64,000 nt of DNA from the NCBI GenBank assembly GCA_964106645.2, contig OZ067044.1; one strand, written 5' to 3'. Source of the DNA: Podarcis pityusensis. Taxonomy: Eukaryota. Each line of letters starts with the position of its first letter. The first letter of the stretch is position 1. Under the pieces are notes generated by a model. The model saw nothing but the letters and a program-made list of their open reading frames with translations. It did no database searches and was not told the DNA's origin. The position numbers were made by a program, and so were the translations under genes. Of the stretch, positions 26,336 through 38,520 are shown one piece after another.

Positions 26336-28109
26336 CTTTCCATGAATTTGTTCTCTTTTCTTTTTCACAGGAGAGATTGCATCAGAGACTCAGTGACTGT
26401 CAAGCCAGTTTCTTGGGGGGGGGGGGGGGAGAGAAGAGATTTCACTTTTTATTATACTATTTCAACTACATTTGCTTCCACATTTCATTAACTGTTAGCA
26501 TAAATTGCAAACCTGCTCGGCAGTACTGCATACAAATTGGACAAGATAAGTCCTCTGAGACTCTCAGCACATTGTACCTTCAGCATCAGTTATGCATTTC
26601 TTTGAACCTTGCTATGCAGTAGTTTGCTATGCAGTGAAACAAAGGAGTAATGACTGTGATCATTCAAAGAACAAAAGGATTTTGTTTAATTCACAGGGAC
26701 TAACCACATGGTTAGTCTCAACAGATAAAATAAAACAGGGGATTCCCCTTGCAAAGCAGCTAGGGCTGGGATAATCTGTCTGTCTTGGTTTCTTTGATTT
26801 CTCATTTTCCCCAGCTTTAGTTCAATCTCAAATTAATTCTGTATATTTCCACTTCAGGTTGTTGTTTTCTTGGTGTGTGTTGTTTTACATACACACAAAA
26901 TAGTAAACCCGTATAAAATAGCTATACCAACAGAACAATGCTGTGACATTCTCAGAGGATATTTGAGCCTAAAATGGCCACTATCTCTTATTGCACTGTA
27001 GACTGCATGAGCCCAACACATCTCAGCAACAATGCAGGACAAGCACTGTACATCTCTCTGATTTTCTTCAACAAGTTTAGTAACATCAGACATCTCTAGT
27101 GACTTGCACACATGAACGTTGGAAGGGAAAATATAAAAAAGAGAAAATGGAAAATCCCAGAATGAGCAAGCTCTCCCTACTCTTAATATTTTGATCAATT
27201 AAACCCTGAACGTGTAAGCTTAGCCTGTCCAACAGAGAATAAATTCTTAGCCATTTATCACTGGTCTATAGCATTCAGTATTCTACCTCTAACTGCAGAA
27301 TTCCCTGATGCCCCCTCCCTGTGTAAGCTTGTGTGTGAGAGAAATACATAATTGAAGAACTTCACCAAAATATACAAGATCTGTTCTAACTGGCCTGTTC
27401 AATCAGTTCAAACTGAGATTCTAAGAATGTACTAAGTCATTTCAAAACATTTCCTACAGCCAGTTTAGCATTGGGCTTTTTGGTTTTTTTTTTAAGAATT
27501 CATTTCATCTTCAGCATTTATTAAAATGCATGTCAGAAGAAGATCAGAAATGATAAAAGTGTATTAGGGGAGCTCTAGATATGAACTGTGGTTGGGGTAT
27601 GATCTGTGAGTTAGCCTGTTGGGCTGATTAAACATTCATGGTGGCATGTGACTGTTATGAATATGATCCTTCATCTTTGATGATTTGGTTTCAATCAATT
27701 CAACAATCACTCTGCTCTACCACAAATTTGCCCGTGGAGTGAGAGACTAATTGAACATCTCTGAATCAAAGGCACATGCTTTATTTGAGAGCTGCTGATA
27801 TAAATAATGAGGTTAATCAAATAAGTTCACTTGCGTATAAGTATCTTCCCTTGTGGGTTATCTTTTGTATACATCTTTCCAAACACTGCTGCCTTGGCCA
27901 GAGGTGTCACATCCACAACATAGATTTAAAACACTCTTTTACCATTTTAACAGCCATGACATCCCCCCAAAAATCCTGGGAACCATCTTTTGTTATGGGC
28001 ATGGTATCACAGAGCTACAGTTCTCAGGATCTTTAATAAAAATGACAGTTCCCAAGATTCTCCATGACTGTGAAAGTGGTATAATAGCACGTTTTATGTT
28101 TAGTAATTT

Positions 28110-28770
28110 TATCATCATCATCGCATCATCATTTATTAAAGTTATTTGCCACTGTTCATCGAAAGATCAAAAGGTTGTTTACACTATCACACACAAAAAT
28201 ATATACCATAATAACAAACAAAATAATACTCACCCACCCCCCAGTTTAAAAGGCCATTGTTGTTGGCATCTGTCTGTCTCAGGAGACAATGGAGGAGTGT
28301 GCCTTTGGGAATGAAATCGAACTATTGGAAGGTTGCAGTGCTTGCTGTGGCTGTAGAGATTGATATGGAAGAGATGCGCTTTGTTGCAGCTGGGGCAGAT
28401 GAAGGCATCTAGTTGTGATGCTGTAGATACACCAGGATGGGCCATAGGTGCCAGGGAGGAGAAGAATATTTTTGCCTGGCATCTAAAGATATGTAATGTG
28501 GGCGCCAGGCGAGCTGCTCTAGGGAGAGCATTCCACAAGCAGGGACCCACGGCAAAAGGGCCCTTTCTCATGTTGCCACCCCCCCCAAACCCCTTGAGGA
28601 GTAGAGACACATGAAGGGCCTCAAATGATGACTGCAGTGTTCAGGTTGGTGCCTATGGTGGTATTGTGGTCCTGAGCCATTTAAGGCTTTATAGGTCAAA
28701 ACCAACAATTTGGATTTGGCCCAGAAACTAATTGGCAGCCAGTGCAGTTGGGCCAGGATTGGCATCATAT
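28110..28770 (-). mobile_element. L2-clade LINE 3' fragment (interrupted by an RTE fragment)
   Basis: PILAQLHWLPISFWAKSKLLVLTYKALNG and PFAVGPCLWNALP match the C-terminus of the L2 at 52 kb. (GAT)n-like tail near 28110. Boundaries approximate. Confidence 0.8.
28257..28447 (-). mobile_element. RTE-clade LINE 3' end nested in L2
   Basis: AFICPSCNKAHLFHINLYSHSKHC is an RTE-type C-terminal Zn-finger, followed by a short UTR and a CAACAA tail. Confidence 0.7.
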
Positions 28771-28792
28771 GCCCCCAACTCTGTGAAAATAA

Positions 28793-28834
<42 letters not shown>
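28793..28834. repeat. (AAT)n microsatellite
   Basis: About 14 perfect AAT units. Confidence 0.95.
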
Positions 28835-28835
<1 letters not shown>

Positions 28836-30200
28836 TTCAGACTGTATCGTTATCATTTGTTTCTTCCCTAGTTCCCGTGAGTGTGGTTTTAATGCTCCTT
28901 CGCACTTGCAGTTTGGGCAGCCACTCAGAGTAGACTGGAGTGCCTCCTTACAGACAAATGATTGACATTTGAACATAGCTACTCATCTGTGAAAAGCTGT
29001 GCCAAAGCTATATTTATACTAAAGTAAGGGGTGTGTGAAGAGCTAGAGGGGGCTAGTATGAACAAGTCTTTAATTTCTTCTTTATTAAGCTCTGAACATC
29101 TGATTCATCAAGCTATTTTCTCTGTAAAAGAGCCTGTGTTACTGCTCCCCTTCCCCCCAACAACTAGATATTTTTGCCTGCGAGTAACTACATTTTGTTA
29201 TCTCCCTTCACATTTTAATAATAGGAAACATAGCATAGCCCAAGAAAGCCATGCAGGAGCTACTGTGCACATAAGAGTCCAGGAATTAATGCTCTGCTCT
29301 GTATTGCAGATCACTCCTCTGGCTCTTCAAGCCCTTGCACTTAGGACCAGTAGATGCTGTGAATGACTTATGCAGGCAGCGGAACTGAAACTCTAAGCTG
29401 CCTGTCATTCACTGGTTCCAGTCTGCAGATCCTTCTACTCACACTCAACTGAGTCAATTTACATTGCAAAATAGTTCCCTGCTGCTAGTTTGCTTTTTGT
29501 ATCTGTTCTGTTTTCGCCAAATATGTTTATTCATTGGACAAAAAGCAAAGAAATCTTGAATATTGTTAAGCAACTTTTCAATCACCAGAGTGCATAGAAA
29601 TCACTGGATTTTAAGTTGCAATTCTATAAACACTTACCCGAGGGTAAGCTTCATTTGACTCAGCGCAGCTTCTGAGCAGCAGACATGCATATGATTGCAC
29701 CATTAATCTCTCCCTAAAAGATTAAAGGTGACAGATGTCTATCAACTAAGCCTGTACAGTTGACAAGCACTTAGGACAGAGCCTTGTCACCAGTGGCCCC
29801 ACAGCTATGAAATGCAATACCATAGGATGTTAGATAGACTTCTTCCCTTGACATTTTTTAAACAGACTTTAAAGACCCAGTTTTCCCCTTTGGCTTTTAA
29901 ATGCTGTTTGGCCACTCTGTTTTGTAAGACTATATTATGAGGGGCATTTTGCTTGTCTTGTACGAGTTTTCTTTTTGTGTGTGAAGCTTATGCTTAAAAA
30001 GTGATGTGAAGAGCTTTTAGATAGATCAATAATCTCTTTGCCCTAAATTCATCCTGATTGCACCCTAATGAAGGCTAATTCACATCCCCACAAGACCTGT
30101 CCTATTTCAAAGTTCTGAATCCAGTTGAGCTGCTCTTTCTGAAACAACTGGTCGGTATTCTCATCAGCACCAAGGTCACCAAACCCACAATTGTTTGCAT

Positions 30201-30394
30201 TAGAATAATAGCACTGTAGAATAATAGAGTTGGAAGGAACCCCAAGGATCATATAATCCAACCCCTGCAATCTCAATTAGAGTTGAATCTCAAATAAATC
30301 ATCCATGACAGATGGCCAGCCAACCTCTGCTTAAAAACTTTCAATGAATGAGAGTCCATGACCTTCCAAGGGGAGTCTGTTCCACTGTCAAACA
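30201..30394 (-). mobile_element. CR1 LINE 3' fragment
   Basis: TAGAATAATAGAGTTGGAAGGAACCCCAAGGATCAT...TCCAACCCC is the reverse complement of a CR1 3' end. Confidence 0.75.
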
Positions 30395-30474
30395 CTGGAG
30401 GGAGTCTGTTTCCCTCCAGCTACAAAGCCTTAGCTAATTTAGTACATATGTTGCTGTTTTGTTTTTGTTTCTTT

Positions 30475-30820
30475 CAGAAAAAAATATTTTATTGATTTTC
30501 AGATAAACACAGCACAAACAGGAAATCCCCTCTGCTGACAGATGAGTACAGCATTCCAAATCTGAAAGGGGGAAAAAGACAGTCAAAAGCTTGTCAATTC
30601 CTATAGTCCATCGAATAACAAGAATATTTCTGCAAGCAACCATGAGCTGCTGGAGCTCTGTGGGCATATTCCTTTGTGGCAACATAAAATTGGTCTGATT
30701 TCTTATTGTTTCTTCATTCTTATATTTTAATAGTAAGTTTTTCCATGAGAACTATATCCCACAATTGTTGAAACCCAGATTTCCATCAGGTTTGCATTTA
30801 AAAGTCTCCAAAACAGGGCT
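30475..30820 (-). mobile_element. Degraded L1-like 3' end
   Basis: Minus strand reads ATGGAAAAACTTACTATTAAAATA (MEKLTIKI, similar to an L1 ORF2 C-terminus), followed by a UTR and AATAAA near 30490. Confidence 0.5.
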
Positions 30821-32444
30821 GCATTCGGTGAACCAAGCACTCTAGCTGAAGGCAGCACAAAGGCTCCCACTAGTGCAAGGGCATCGAACCCCTCTCCACC
30901 CCCATGCGTTTCCCAAATCCACTCTGTGGAGCCAGGAGAACCCCCAGAACCTACAGGGGGAGGAGAGGGGGATTGCTCTGTTGAGCACCATGTTGAATTC
31001 CTACCTTACTTATGGTTAGTCTTGCCATTGTCATAAGTGACAAGATCTCTTTGAGTTGCATATAGATAAAAGAGCAACCATTGGGTTGAGGGCAACAGCT
31101 TTATTCATGACCATTCACATGTTTTTGGCATTTATTGAATTTTCACATGATATTGGATCTTTATCTGCCAACTGTCAGGATACAACATGATTTAACTGGC
31201 TAAAAATGATCAGAGTGCAGTATGATTTAATCGTCCAAAAAATATCACAAACATCATCTACTGTGTATCTCTTAGGTAGGTTCACATTAAACAAAGACCC
31301 AAACCATCCCCCCCCCCAACATCCCTACTTTCTTCTCTGCTCTGCAGTGTGGTGGGCATCTTACTGTTCAGCATACTTGCATAAAGGTTTAACTAGCCCT
31401 GAGATTGAGGATGGATATAGTTAAGAGAAGATGAGCTGCAACTAGTCGGCACATGTTCTGGTGATGTAGTTGGCTTAAAAAACAAAACAAACCAAAGTAA
31501 ATACTCACAGTGTTCTTCTATGTAATGTGTCTGTCTGTCTGTCTGTGATGCTGAAAGGCATGCATGTTATGTACTACTGCTGACTTACTTCCTGTAGGCA
31601 TTGTGGTTGAAACCTTAATGAGGTCATTCCAAGTTCAGGAAGGTTATTTTTATACGGTCTGGCAAGTCTAACTCTAACAATCTGTACAGTGCAATCTGTG
31701 TGATTCTGTGTATCATCCTTCTTCTGCTGCATTGTACTGTTTTGTTCAAGAAGAGGTTTTAAAATGATGTCAACCCTTTTCCGATTAAGAAGCAGTCATT
31801 CTCACTCCCTCTGGCATTTGCTTCTGTTTTGCTTTCAGTTCTGATTTATATGTTCCCAAACCATACCTGCATCTTACTTCCCTTTAAATATTTTCCGACC
31901 TACATTTGTATCTTTTCTTATGCTGTTTGTTCTCTTCAGCTCTGCCTAGTCAGATTTATTTCATGAAATCATTGGACCATGTTTCTTACAAGTTTGTGTA
32001 TTTTGTTGATGACTGATGCTTTATGCATTTTGTTTTGTTTTTGGATCTGATGTGGATGGTGTTTGGGGTATGGCAGTTAGCAGAAACATAAAAATAAAAT
32101 CCTTGTGTGATGCAGCTATGGCAGTCAAGGAAAAGGGTAGAATGCTGGAGTTGGATCCTTGTGGGATGCCTTAAACATGCTGTTCCACCTGACAGGGATG
32201 CATTATTGTAGGGAAACATTTGGTTGTACTTTGTTTTCCTTCTGCAAGCTGAATATCTCTGCCACGCACAGAACAAACAACACTTTCCAACTTTGTAGAA
32301 AAGTATTGCTTGAGAAAAGTCAGAGGAGATTCTTCTTTTGTACAAGCTCATTTTCAAGTGCCTTTAATGGCCCACTTGAGTTTATATACTGCAGCCTGTA
32401 TTTTCCTTATTTACTATTTCTTATACTGTAACATGACCCCGATA

Positions 32445-32686
32445 CAGTCAAACCTAGGTTCCCGAACTCCTCCGTTTTGGAACATTTTGGCTCCCGAACT
32501 CCGAAAACCCAGAAGTAAGTGCTCCGGTTTTCAAACGATTTTCAGGAAGCCGAATGTGCTACATGGCTTCCATTTTGAGTTTCCCTATTGTATTGAGGCT
32601 TCTGCTTTCAGTTTTCAGTTGTCAAACATTTCAGAAGTTGAATGGTCTTCCAGAACAGATTATGCTTGACAACCGAGGTTTGACTG
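32445..32686. mobile_element. Tc1/mariner (Tigger-like) MITE
   Basis: TIR CAGTCAAACCT(A/C)GGTT at both ends. TA on both flanks (32443-32444, 32687-32688). Confidence 0.9.
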
Positions 32687-33763
32687 TACTGTGAGATATT
32701 TGCCGACAAACCTAACAATGCTAGTTAGTATATGAAGGGGTTAAGGACCAGAGTTCTAAATTGCTAGAGTAGGCTCAGTGATGTCACATCCCCTATTCTC
32801 CTGAGAGGAAGGAAGTAGAGCTTGTTTCCTGTCAGCCCCCCCCCCTTCATGCTGCATGCAAAGGAGGCTGACATGTCTCAACATATCACATGTGTCTGAG
32901 GCTGCTTTGCTATACAGGCAGCCCCATTTACGTATGTTCAATATGTGCACAACTATGTATACACACATTGTGCCGAACCCATAAGTGACCCAGAAACATT
33001 ATAAAGAGGTCACTGAAATGTCATTAAAAGGGTGGAACGGGGGCGGGGTGGAACCAGGGTGTTTGCAGGCTTTTTCATTGGGTTTCAATCATACGTGATT
33101 TCACTGAGGAGTGTGGTGCTTTGGAACATAACCCCCACATAAATGGGGGGCTGTCTGTGTCTGTTTACCCAAAAGCTCTACCTGCATTTCTTATAGTTGC
33201 TTCATAGAGCAATGCATTAGTGTGACCTCAAGTAAGTAAATCATTTTTAAACTGACTTTGCAGTCTGTGGTCTGTTTCATTGCATGAGGTTAAAAGTGGG
33301 CGGCCCAGCTGCCTCAGGCAGCTGGAACAAAATAAAAGAAGGTTTAATACCCTATTCCTATGCTTCATTAATCTGCGTAACGTTGGGATTTAAACTCAGC
33401 TACTGGGGCTCTTTATTTGCTAGCCCACAGTTTAAAAAACAGGCACAAGTCATTTTTCATTTGTTTGTTAACCCACACATGTGAGTTTGTAGAGGATTAA
33501 ATATAATTAATATATCCTCTTACCAATGGCCCATCAGATACATGGTGGCTCTGAACTGCAAGAAGTTTTCCACTAGCTTTGTATAGATGCATTTGCCTTG
33601 TTTGCTTCTGCTAAGTGTTAACAACATAAGATGAGACTGCTGGATCAGGCCAATGGCCCATCTAGTCCAGCATGCTGTTCTTCTAGTGCCCAAACAGATG
33701 TCAGTGGGAGGCTGCAAGCAGCACCCAAGCACAAGAGCATTGTCATTTCCTACCATTTCCAGC

Positions 33764-34132
33764 TTTTGAATTATGGTGCTGGAGGAAACTCTTGAGAGTC
33801 CCATGGACTGCAAGAAGATCAAACCTCTCCATTCTTAAGGAAATCAGCCCTGAGTGCTCACTGGAAGGACAGATCCTGAAGCTGAGACTCCAATACTTTG
33901 GCCACCTCATGAGAAGAGAAGACTCCCTGGAAAAGACCCTGATGTTGGGAAAGATGGAGGGCACAAGGAGAAGGGGACGACAGAGGACGAGATGGTTGGA
34001 TAGTGTTCTCGAAGCTACCAGCATGAGTTTGACCAAACTGCGGGAGGCAGTGGAAGACAGAAGTGCCTGGCTTGCTCTGGTCCATGGGGTCACGAAGAGT
34101 CGGACACAACTAGATGACTAAACAACAGCAAC
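33764..34132 (+). mobile_element. BovB 3' fragment
   Basis: Open frame LRVPWTARRSNLSILKEISPECSLEGQILKLRLQYFGHLMRR...KSRTQLDD. CAA-type tail. TSD ACCATTTCCAGC (33752-33763, 34133-34144). Confidence 0.95.
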
Positions 34133-34216
34133 ACCATTTCCAGCAACAGGTATTCAGAAGCACACATCCTCAAGCTATGGAGGCAGAGGAGAGCCATCAG
34201 GACTAGTTGTCACTGA

Positions 34217-34709
34217 CAGCGGCGTAGCGTGGGTTGTCAGCCCCCGGGGCAAGGCAAGTAATTTGCGCCCCCTAACCCGGGGCAAGGCAAGTAATTTGTG
34301 CCCCCTAACCCGGGGCAAGGCAAGTAATTTGCGCCCCCTAACCCGGGGCAAGGCAAGTAATTTGCGCCCCCTAACCCCTAACCTGCCGCCGCTGCCAGCT
34401 TCTTCTTGCTGCTGCCTGGGCTGGTCTGGTGTGGTTCTCTCCCGCGCTCAGCGCTGCGCTGGGCGGCCGCTGCACTGTCCCTCCCCCAGATAGTCCCTCT
34501 CTCTCTCTCCGCACCGCACGCCTGGCACCCACCCCCTCCACAGTGGGCGGCGACCCAGCGGCTCAGATCGGATTCGCACAGCCAGCACTGCAGTGAGAGA
34601 GAGTGAGTGAGCCAGGTAGGGGCAGAGAGCTGCGAGTGCGAGCGCGCCCCCCCCAGATGTTGCGCCCGGTGCGGACGGCCCCCCCTGCACCCCCCACGCT
34701 ACGCCACTG
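34217..34709. mobile_element. Young hAT-type MITE with internal tandem array
   Basis: TIR CAG(C/T)GGCGTAGCGTGGG (16/17). Perfect TSD GTCACTGA (34209-34216, 34710-34717). CpGs retained. Confidence 0.93.
34243..34374 (+). repeat. 4 x 33-bp tandem repeat CCCGGGGCAAGGCAAGTAATTTGCGCCCCCTAA
   Basis: Units start at 34243, 34276, 34309 and 34342. One C>T substitution in unit 2. No spacers. Confidence 0.95.
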
Positions 34710-35149
34710 GTCACTGATAGCCTTTACACTCATGAATTTTCTAACCCTTTCTTAAAGTCATCCAAGTTGGTGACCATCAGTGCCTCTTGTGGGAGCAAAA
34801 TCCACAATTTAGCTATATGTGTGAATAAGCACTTTTTGTCTGAATCCTCCAACACTCAGTTTCATTGGATGTCCATGAGTTCTAATGTTATGAGTGAGTG
34901 AGGAAAAAATATATCTCCATGCTGTGCATTTTATACACTTCTATCATATTGACTCTTATTCGCATTTTCTGTAAACCAAAAACCTCCAAATGATGCAAAC
35001 TTTCTTCATAGCGGAGCTTCTCCATTCCCTTGATTAGTTTGGTTGCCTTTTTTCTGAAACTTTCCAAACTCCACAATTTCCTTTTTGAGGTGAGCTTCCC
35101 AGAACTGTTATTTGGATCCAAGCCATGTGTACGCTGTTATTTGTGATTA

Positions 35150-35349
35150 CAGTGGTACCTCAGATTAAGTACTTAATTTGTTCTAGAGGTCCGTTCTTAA
35201 CCTGAAGCACCACTTTAGTTAATGGGGCCTCCTGCTGCCGCCACGCCGCCAGAGCACGATTTCTGTTCTCATCCTGAAGCAAAGTTCTTAACCCGAGGTA
35301 CTATTTCTGGGTCTGTAACCTGAAGCATATGTAACCCGAGGTACCACTG
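35150..35349. mobile_element. Tc1/mariner (Tigger-like) MITE
   Basis: Perfect 12-bp TIR CAGTGGTACCTC. TA TSD (35148-35149, 35350-35351). Confidence 0.92.
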
Positions 35350-37084
35350 TATTACATATGTAGCTTTTCTGCCCAGTATACACTTGGAGTGTCTCTGATG
35401 GACATGATTGCTGTAGTTACACTAGCATTAACACTGATGTTTCCTGCACTAAATGCATATAACTGATTCCTCTAAAAAAATGTCCCTGGCAACCTTGATT
35501 GGAAAGGGTCTCCTTCCATATGGGTACTCAGTGCAAGAGCAAATGAGGGTGGGCTGTTCTGTGCCAATATATACTCTTGCTTTTCAAAAATTCTCTAGCA
35601 AAAGAACACAGAAGGGAGTGATTTGCCGAATGGTTTGCATGGTAATTTCCAATGCTGGAATCCCTATGCACCCTACTCAGGAAATAATGGCACAGTTTGG
35701 GGGCAGATGTGTTGTAGATGGTGCCAGAGGCTTAGCTTGACAAGGCCAATGCTCTTTCTATCCCTGCAAAAGGAAAAAGGAGCTCAGATCTGACATAGTC
35801 TGATTTTGGTGAGATTTGTGGTATTAAGTGATTTAATATAGACTCTGCAAACTCTTTCGTGCTTCCTGAAATCCATATGCTTCAGTTTAAGAGATAAACT
35901 ACAGCACTTTGACACACTAGGGTTATACCCAATTTTTTCACTGTGTCTCTGAGTATTGGGCTGGAACCAATATCTCTGGTTTAATTTGTGGCTGTAGTAA
36001 TACAGTTGTTAATTTTTTGCTATAAACTAACATTATTTCTGCTGTTTTTGAATGTAATCAGAGTATCACTGAATTACCATGGAAGCAATAGGTCATCTGT
36101 CACAACTCCATTTTAGTCTGGCTTCCAGCCCAGATGGTAGTGGTTGTCCCAGAAGACTAACCATTCAGGGAAATAGCCTAGGGCAGTGATGTCCTTGGGC
36201 ATGTACATCAGCAGCTTAAGATACAGCAAGGTCATTCTCAGCTGTGTTTCAAATAGCATTTTACATTGCTGTACACTTCATTACCTGAATACCCCACCCC
36301 CTCATACATTACCGGATTTGTTTTCCTTTGCCTGCAACCACCCCAATTCATATTCAGTGTAGCTGTCATCCATCCATGTGCAATGAATGTCTAAAATGTA
36401 AACGCCTCAACTTAACCATGCCTTGTGCTTTCAAATGAGATGGAAGCTGGTTTGAGGGACAGCACATCAGTCAGCAGTATTTCTCAAGAAACCACAGGAT
36501 ACATATGGACTGTGGCTAATGTGGCTTCAAACACCAGTGCTGGGAGCTCACTGGAGCCAGAGTAATGGTGCTGTGTATACAACCCTTGTTGGTTCTGTTA
36601 CATAGATACTTTCAGTGTCGACAGCCTTGGTATTCTGGACTGCCTACTGGAATGGGACTTGGAAGCACTGTTTTTCTATAGTTCTGACGCCTCCTATTGG
36701 ATTTGTTTCATAAGGTGTTGCTTGGAAACTGTTGGTCGACATGTTAGTCATTAGGGTATCATATTTTTGTCCTCCAGACTCCCCCATGCTTTTCAGCATC
36801 TGTATAGAAAACTATGTGGGGAGTGCAGTATCCCACTTCTTTCCAGTTCATTCTAGTAAAGCCGTAGAAAGTGTCCAACTAGTGCCTGCTATCAATAATA
36901 AGCTGGATGTGGGCTAACAAACTGAAGCTTAATTCACATGAAAACACAAATGGTTTTGGTTAGAAGAGCTGTAAATTCAAGAAATAATTAGAACATCCAT
37001 ATACTGCCCTTCATAAATATTTATCCCAAGGTGGTTTATAATTCACACTAAAACAATAGAGATGCAGCATGTCATGGATGGAGT

Positions 37085-38010
37085 TGATCCCTCTTGGAAA
37101 AGTAGGTTTGTGGCCTAGAAGTGCTCCTGGACCCAGATGTGATTTAGGATGCTCAGGTGTAGCCAAGAGTGCAGTTGCCCAGATTTTACTTACGCGCCAA
37201 CTGTGCCTGTTTCCTGGTAAAGCCGGTTGTGTGCCAAGGCCCCATGACCCACAGTCCGCTAGTGGATAAATAAAGCACATGAACAAGTGGATTTTGGTTT
37301 ATGGGTTCAAATTGGCCACAACTTCATTGGTTAGAGATGTGAGTAGTTTGGCTTAGGCATTGGGTGAAGCCAGACTATATCTCGACTCCTGTCCATCTGC
37401 TAGAAGTCTAACTAAGGGTAAACCCACCAATAGGGGGAGCCCTATGACTTACATCAAATAGGGGCACCCCAAGGGGTCTCAGTTGGGGTAGTGGTATGGC
37501 CCTAGCCCATGTCTGGGCATTCAAGAGAATCCACACACCCGGATCCCTTTAACAGGATACCCTTAATGATGAGGGGCAGGTGGAGGCTGCAACCTCTCCT
37601 CCATCTAAACAAAGGCTTACCCAATGCCTAACCTCACAAAGTTGTGACGATTGCAACGAGGTAGGTGAAAACCAAATGGCGGAGTCAATATGCGAAGTGG
37701 TAAAATTCCTGCTCGGTCCCAACAATATGGCGACTGACATTAATCCATAGCAAGGTCATAACACATCAAAGCAGAAAAAGAGGGCGAGGTGGGTGGGAGA
37801 TCTGGCGAAGGGTGAGAGAGGACAGCCTCCCCGCTGTGCTGGAGTTTAAATTCCAGAGGACAAGTCTCCATCAGCGCCATTTGGACAGCGAGGCCTGCTA
37901 AATGATCATTTAGCAATGCTGCCTACCTAATAAGGTAAGCAGACATCTGGGCACAGCGACACATGCCTTTATTACACAGAGATTGAATTGTTGCATTATG
38001 CTCTGTGTGG
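37085..38010 (+). mobile_element. Degraded L2 fragment split by a Ngaro-like solo repeat
   Basis: Left part RQLCLF and right part HAFITQRLNCCIMLCVGLPLK are consecutive pieces of the L2 motif QLAPYL...HATVTSRLDYCNSLYMGLPLR. Confidence 0.6.
37229..37940 (-). mobile_element. Divergent solo terminal repeat (A-B) of a Ngaro-like YR retrotransposon
   Basis: Collinear motifs shared with 40427-41205: GGCCACAACTT, CCTTTAACAGRATACCCTT, AAGTTGTGACGATT, CCAAATGGC, AAAATTCCTGC, CATAGCAAGGTCA. Boundaries approximate. Confidence 0.65.
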
Positions 38011-38034
38011 GGCTGCCTTTGAAAAATGCCTGCT

Positions 38035-38520
38035 GTGACCAATTTGCATTATATTTTTACGGGTGAAATCACTTGTTAATCTGTGCTGACTTGGATACCA
38101 TAGTTTTTACAGAATCAGAGAGGGATGCAGCTAGGACACCATATGGTCCTGTAGTTATGCTTATTTTTCAGCTTTTGCAACCTGGGGATGTGGACAAGCG
38201 ACTTGAAGGACTGAGCTCAACCACATGTTCTCTAGACACTTGCTCATTGTGGCTGCTGAAATCTGCAGCCTGAGCTGAGTTGGGATTAAGAATCTCAGAG
38301 GATTGATCCTATGGACAATTAATGCCTAGGGACCAATTATCCATTTCTGAGCAAGCTGTTGGAGTGGGTGGTAGCCTCTTAAATCCAGGTAGTTTAAGCG
38401 ATAACATTATTTAAATCCATTCCAGTCTGGTGTCAGACCCAGTTTAGAGATGGAAGCATCCTTGGTCACCTTGGTGGACAACATGTGGGGAGAAAATAGG
38501 GAGAGTGAAGCCTGACTATT
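38035..38520 (+). mobile_element. Old L2 RT-region fragment
   Basis: QPGDVDKRLEGLSSTTCSLDTCSLWLLK, PFLSKLLEWVVA and LNPFQSGVRP align by eye with the L2 ORF at 53-54 kb. Confidence 0.7.

Larger units (their letters stand above)
33623..35107 (-). mobile_element. CR1 LINE 3' fragment hosting BovB and hAT insertions
   Basis: LESFRKKATKLIKGMEKLRYEESLHHLEVFGLQKMRIRVNMIEVYK matches the CR1 ORF2 C-terminus. 3' UTR reverse complement AACATAAG...CTGCTGGATCAGGCCAATGGCCCATCTAGTCCAGCAT. Confidence 0.85.

Noticed and set aside
25158-26622. 157-aa and 160-aa ORFs
   Set aside because: They start in GC-rich MITEs and run into flanking DNA, with no recognisable motifs or splice context.
28728-28976. Poly-Tyr ORF (and the poly-Ile ORF at 51663-52163)
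   Set aside because: Translations of (AAT)n microsatellites.
34243-34374. 33-bp direct repeats as a CRISPR array, or the RPLTRGKASNL repeat protein
   Set aside because: The units abut with no spacers, lie inside a eukaryotic MITE and have no cas genes nearby. The peptide repeat follows trivially from 33 being a multiple of 3.
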